The notes beneath the pieces were generated by a model. The model did not search any database. It was given only the letters and a program-made list of their open reading frames with translations, and was not told where the DNA came from. Of a stretch of 64,000 bases of DNA, positions 61,694-64,000 are shown one piece after another. The position numbers were made by a program, and so were the translations under genes. The stretch's first letter is position 1; each line of letters starts with the position of its first letter. The stretch lies in assembly GCA_965235115.1 (NCBI GenBank), contig OZ249442.1:26970001-27034000 (forward strand). The letters run 5' to 3'. Source of the DNA: Laetmonice hystrix. Lineage: Eukaryota.

Positions 61694-63677
61694 ACAGGTA
61701 CACGCTTGTGTCTCGATCTTCAGCGGTTCCAACCCGAAATACCAGCGCTGCGGGTAGGCGTGGAATAGAATACAGAAATCGATGGCAGCGGGCCTGCTGG
61801 ATGATGCATTAATGAGAGGGCGAGCAAAGAATCTAAAAATACTACAAACCACATTTTTATACCATTGCTTGTGACAAGGACACGCAACGACTTTGATTCT
61901 GTGCCTCTGTGCCAGGAACCCCTAATGTACCCGTTAACCCGACTAGCTCCTGTTGCTGTAAAGGCTGGTGTTGGTTTTGATACCGACAACGCCTTTGTAT
62001 TCCGTGGATGCATCAGGTACCTCCGACTTAGTGAATATAGCAGCAAACCATGTATTCAAAACTATGTCATTATGAAGTATCAATACTTTGCCATGTGTAC
62101 TTGTTGCCGCCGCAGTGCGCCGCATGGTTGAGGAATAACTGCTCCTCAAGGGTTACCATTTTTCAACCTATTAGTTTGATATGAATCTATGGAATTATGG
62201 ATTCACTATTACATGACGAAAGTGTTGGCGGGAATAATCGTTCTCAAGGTTTTGAATACTTAGCCTTTATTATGGTAAGTGTCCTCGAATACGTGAATCT
62301 CTACTTACTGCCGACTCTAAAGGAAATTAAGATCACCTCACCGTATGCTTCTCGTTTTGTCGGTGACATTTTATGACGACGACAACATGACAATCCCAGG
62401 ATTGAGTCTTGTTTTCATATTTTGTTTTTGTGCCATTAAATGAAATTGCATTATTTTTTACAAAGTACGTTGGTATTAATGTTCTTTGTATCAGACCTCT
62501 CTAATATTTCCTTCCCTGATAATGTCAGCCTGTTTCTATACAGGTATGAAGCCTACTCACTGCGAAATTTACTTGTTCCAAAGGTTGAGCGATGAAGCGG
62601 TGGGAAACTATCCAATTATGCAAAGAGGCGGAAGACATGATAACTATTTGTATGGTAATCTAATGGTAATCTAATGGTAATCCTATTAACACTTCAGGAG
62701 GACGATCCACAGCCCTACCTTCTGTCATTGTCATGATAACGCCTTAGTTAAAACGCCGTCTTTATCGATCTGTTGACAGGCTGCTGGAAGCCAGGGCCCA
62801 GACTTCTACTGTCATACTCAGAGGTGACGATTCCATAAAAAACACGCCGCCAATTCCCTGATCGGGAATATATAGCGGTGAAGACCATTAGTTGTTTGCT
62901 AATCGTACTGTTTCTCCTACGGCCGAGGCCGAGGGGAGTCATGAACACTCTAACAGACTTGATTTTGATCTGTTTTGTATTATCCGTGCATGCTAATTAC
63001 AGGTTTCCCTTAGTCATTCAGTCAGCGCGAGTATCAGAACTTTTCCTAACTTGATGATGCCTGCAGTAGTGTGACCAATCTCGTTGTTTTTATTCCGAGG
63101 GGTTTACGCCTCGGCATTTATATGCTTCAGTAATACCAGAAATATCTCATACAGAAACGTCCGCAAAATGTTATGCAGGTGTGTTGGTGATACGCTTTCT
63201 TACACATTCGGCACTATGAACACAGACGCCAGCGTTCGTCTGTGGCGGAAGAAACTATTGTTACAGGACCATTGTACTTCAGCATCTATCAACTATCAGG
63301 CGGTGAGCGTTTTAACATTTCAATACAGTCAGGGCTTCCCCATCGTAGTGCTTAGCCAAACTCAAGATAAGATACATGAAGCAGTCTTTTAATTTTTGAG
63401 CTAATGTAGGTTCAACAAATCACATTGAATCCTCAAAAAGATCAATCGCTTGGTTGTCTCTTTTGTCCCACAGTAGGCCTACTGAGGTGCTGTTCATTGA
63501 CGCTATATGGCAAAGAACAACTTAAACTTCCTTTATTATCATGTGATGGTAATCTCTGCTCCTGTAAGTACCTCATCAACTTGGAAATACTCCTTGTATC
63601 TAACTTTTCTATTTTGACTGAATTAAAACGCTCAATCCGACTGTCTGTTGTTGAACCGCCCCGCGCCAACTACTTGA

Positions 63678-64000
63678 AGCCCCAGTCCCATATAGGTGCC
63701 GGATCAACACGGATCACATCCGGCACGATCCGGCGTGTGAACCGTGTAGCCGCCGTGTAGCTCCGCGGCGATCCCTGTTGGTCCTGAAACGTCCGGGAAT
63801 GTCCTTGGGGCTCCGGGAGGCCAACACGGCAGTTTTGGGAAGTTCAAAACTGTCGTGTTCTTCCGTGACGGTCCGGGGAGATGGCAACATCCGGGGTCGA
63901 CCGTGTTGGTCCGTGTCGCTGCCGTGTAGGTCCGGGATGGTTCGTGTACACGCCGTGTTAGTCCGTGTTTATCCTGGGCTGTCCGTGTCTCTGCCGTGTT
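63678..64000. mobile_element. Probable PIF/Harbinger-like MITE, cut by the window end
   Basis: Starts TGA|AGCCCCAGTCCCATATAGG (Harbinger-like end); abrupt GC/CpG rise and many CCGTGT/ACACGG subterminal motifs; second TIR not visible. Confidence 0.55.

Overview
Repeat-rich, gene-poor DNA from a eukaryote, most likely a bilaterian marine invertebrate (CTCF, ETS and RFX motifs, tRNA-derived SINE, MITEs). There are no operons, rRNA genes or CRISPR arrays. Well-supported genes: two tandem, intronless class I SAM-dependent methyltransferases (44320-45168 and 46235/46385-47248) and four identical tRNA-Glu(CTC) genes (55308-56601). About a quarter of the window is minisatellite arrays (11-120 bp units), and these explain nearly all the long ORFs in the ORF track. 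Mobile elements include one intact SINE with a 15-bp TSD and several MITEs (Kolobok-like TTAA, PIF/Harbinger-like TAA, others). Most interesting: (1) the methyltransferase paralogues share a 192-bp tract with one mismatch covering the SAM-binding motifs while differing strongly elsewhere, which suggests gene conversion; (2) paralogue 2 has an in-frame upstream AUG adding an acid-free 50-aa extension like a mitochondrial presequence, and its 3'UTR is a minisatellite; (3) six tandem consensus 5' splice sites on the minus strand at 20795-20853 overlap an orphan transmembrane ORF; (4) a nested Harbinger-like foldback element. All analysis was by eye, so family calls for decayed fragments are tentative.
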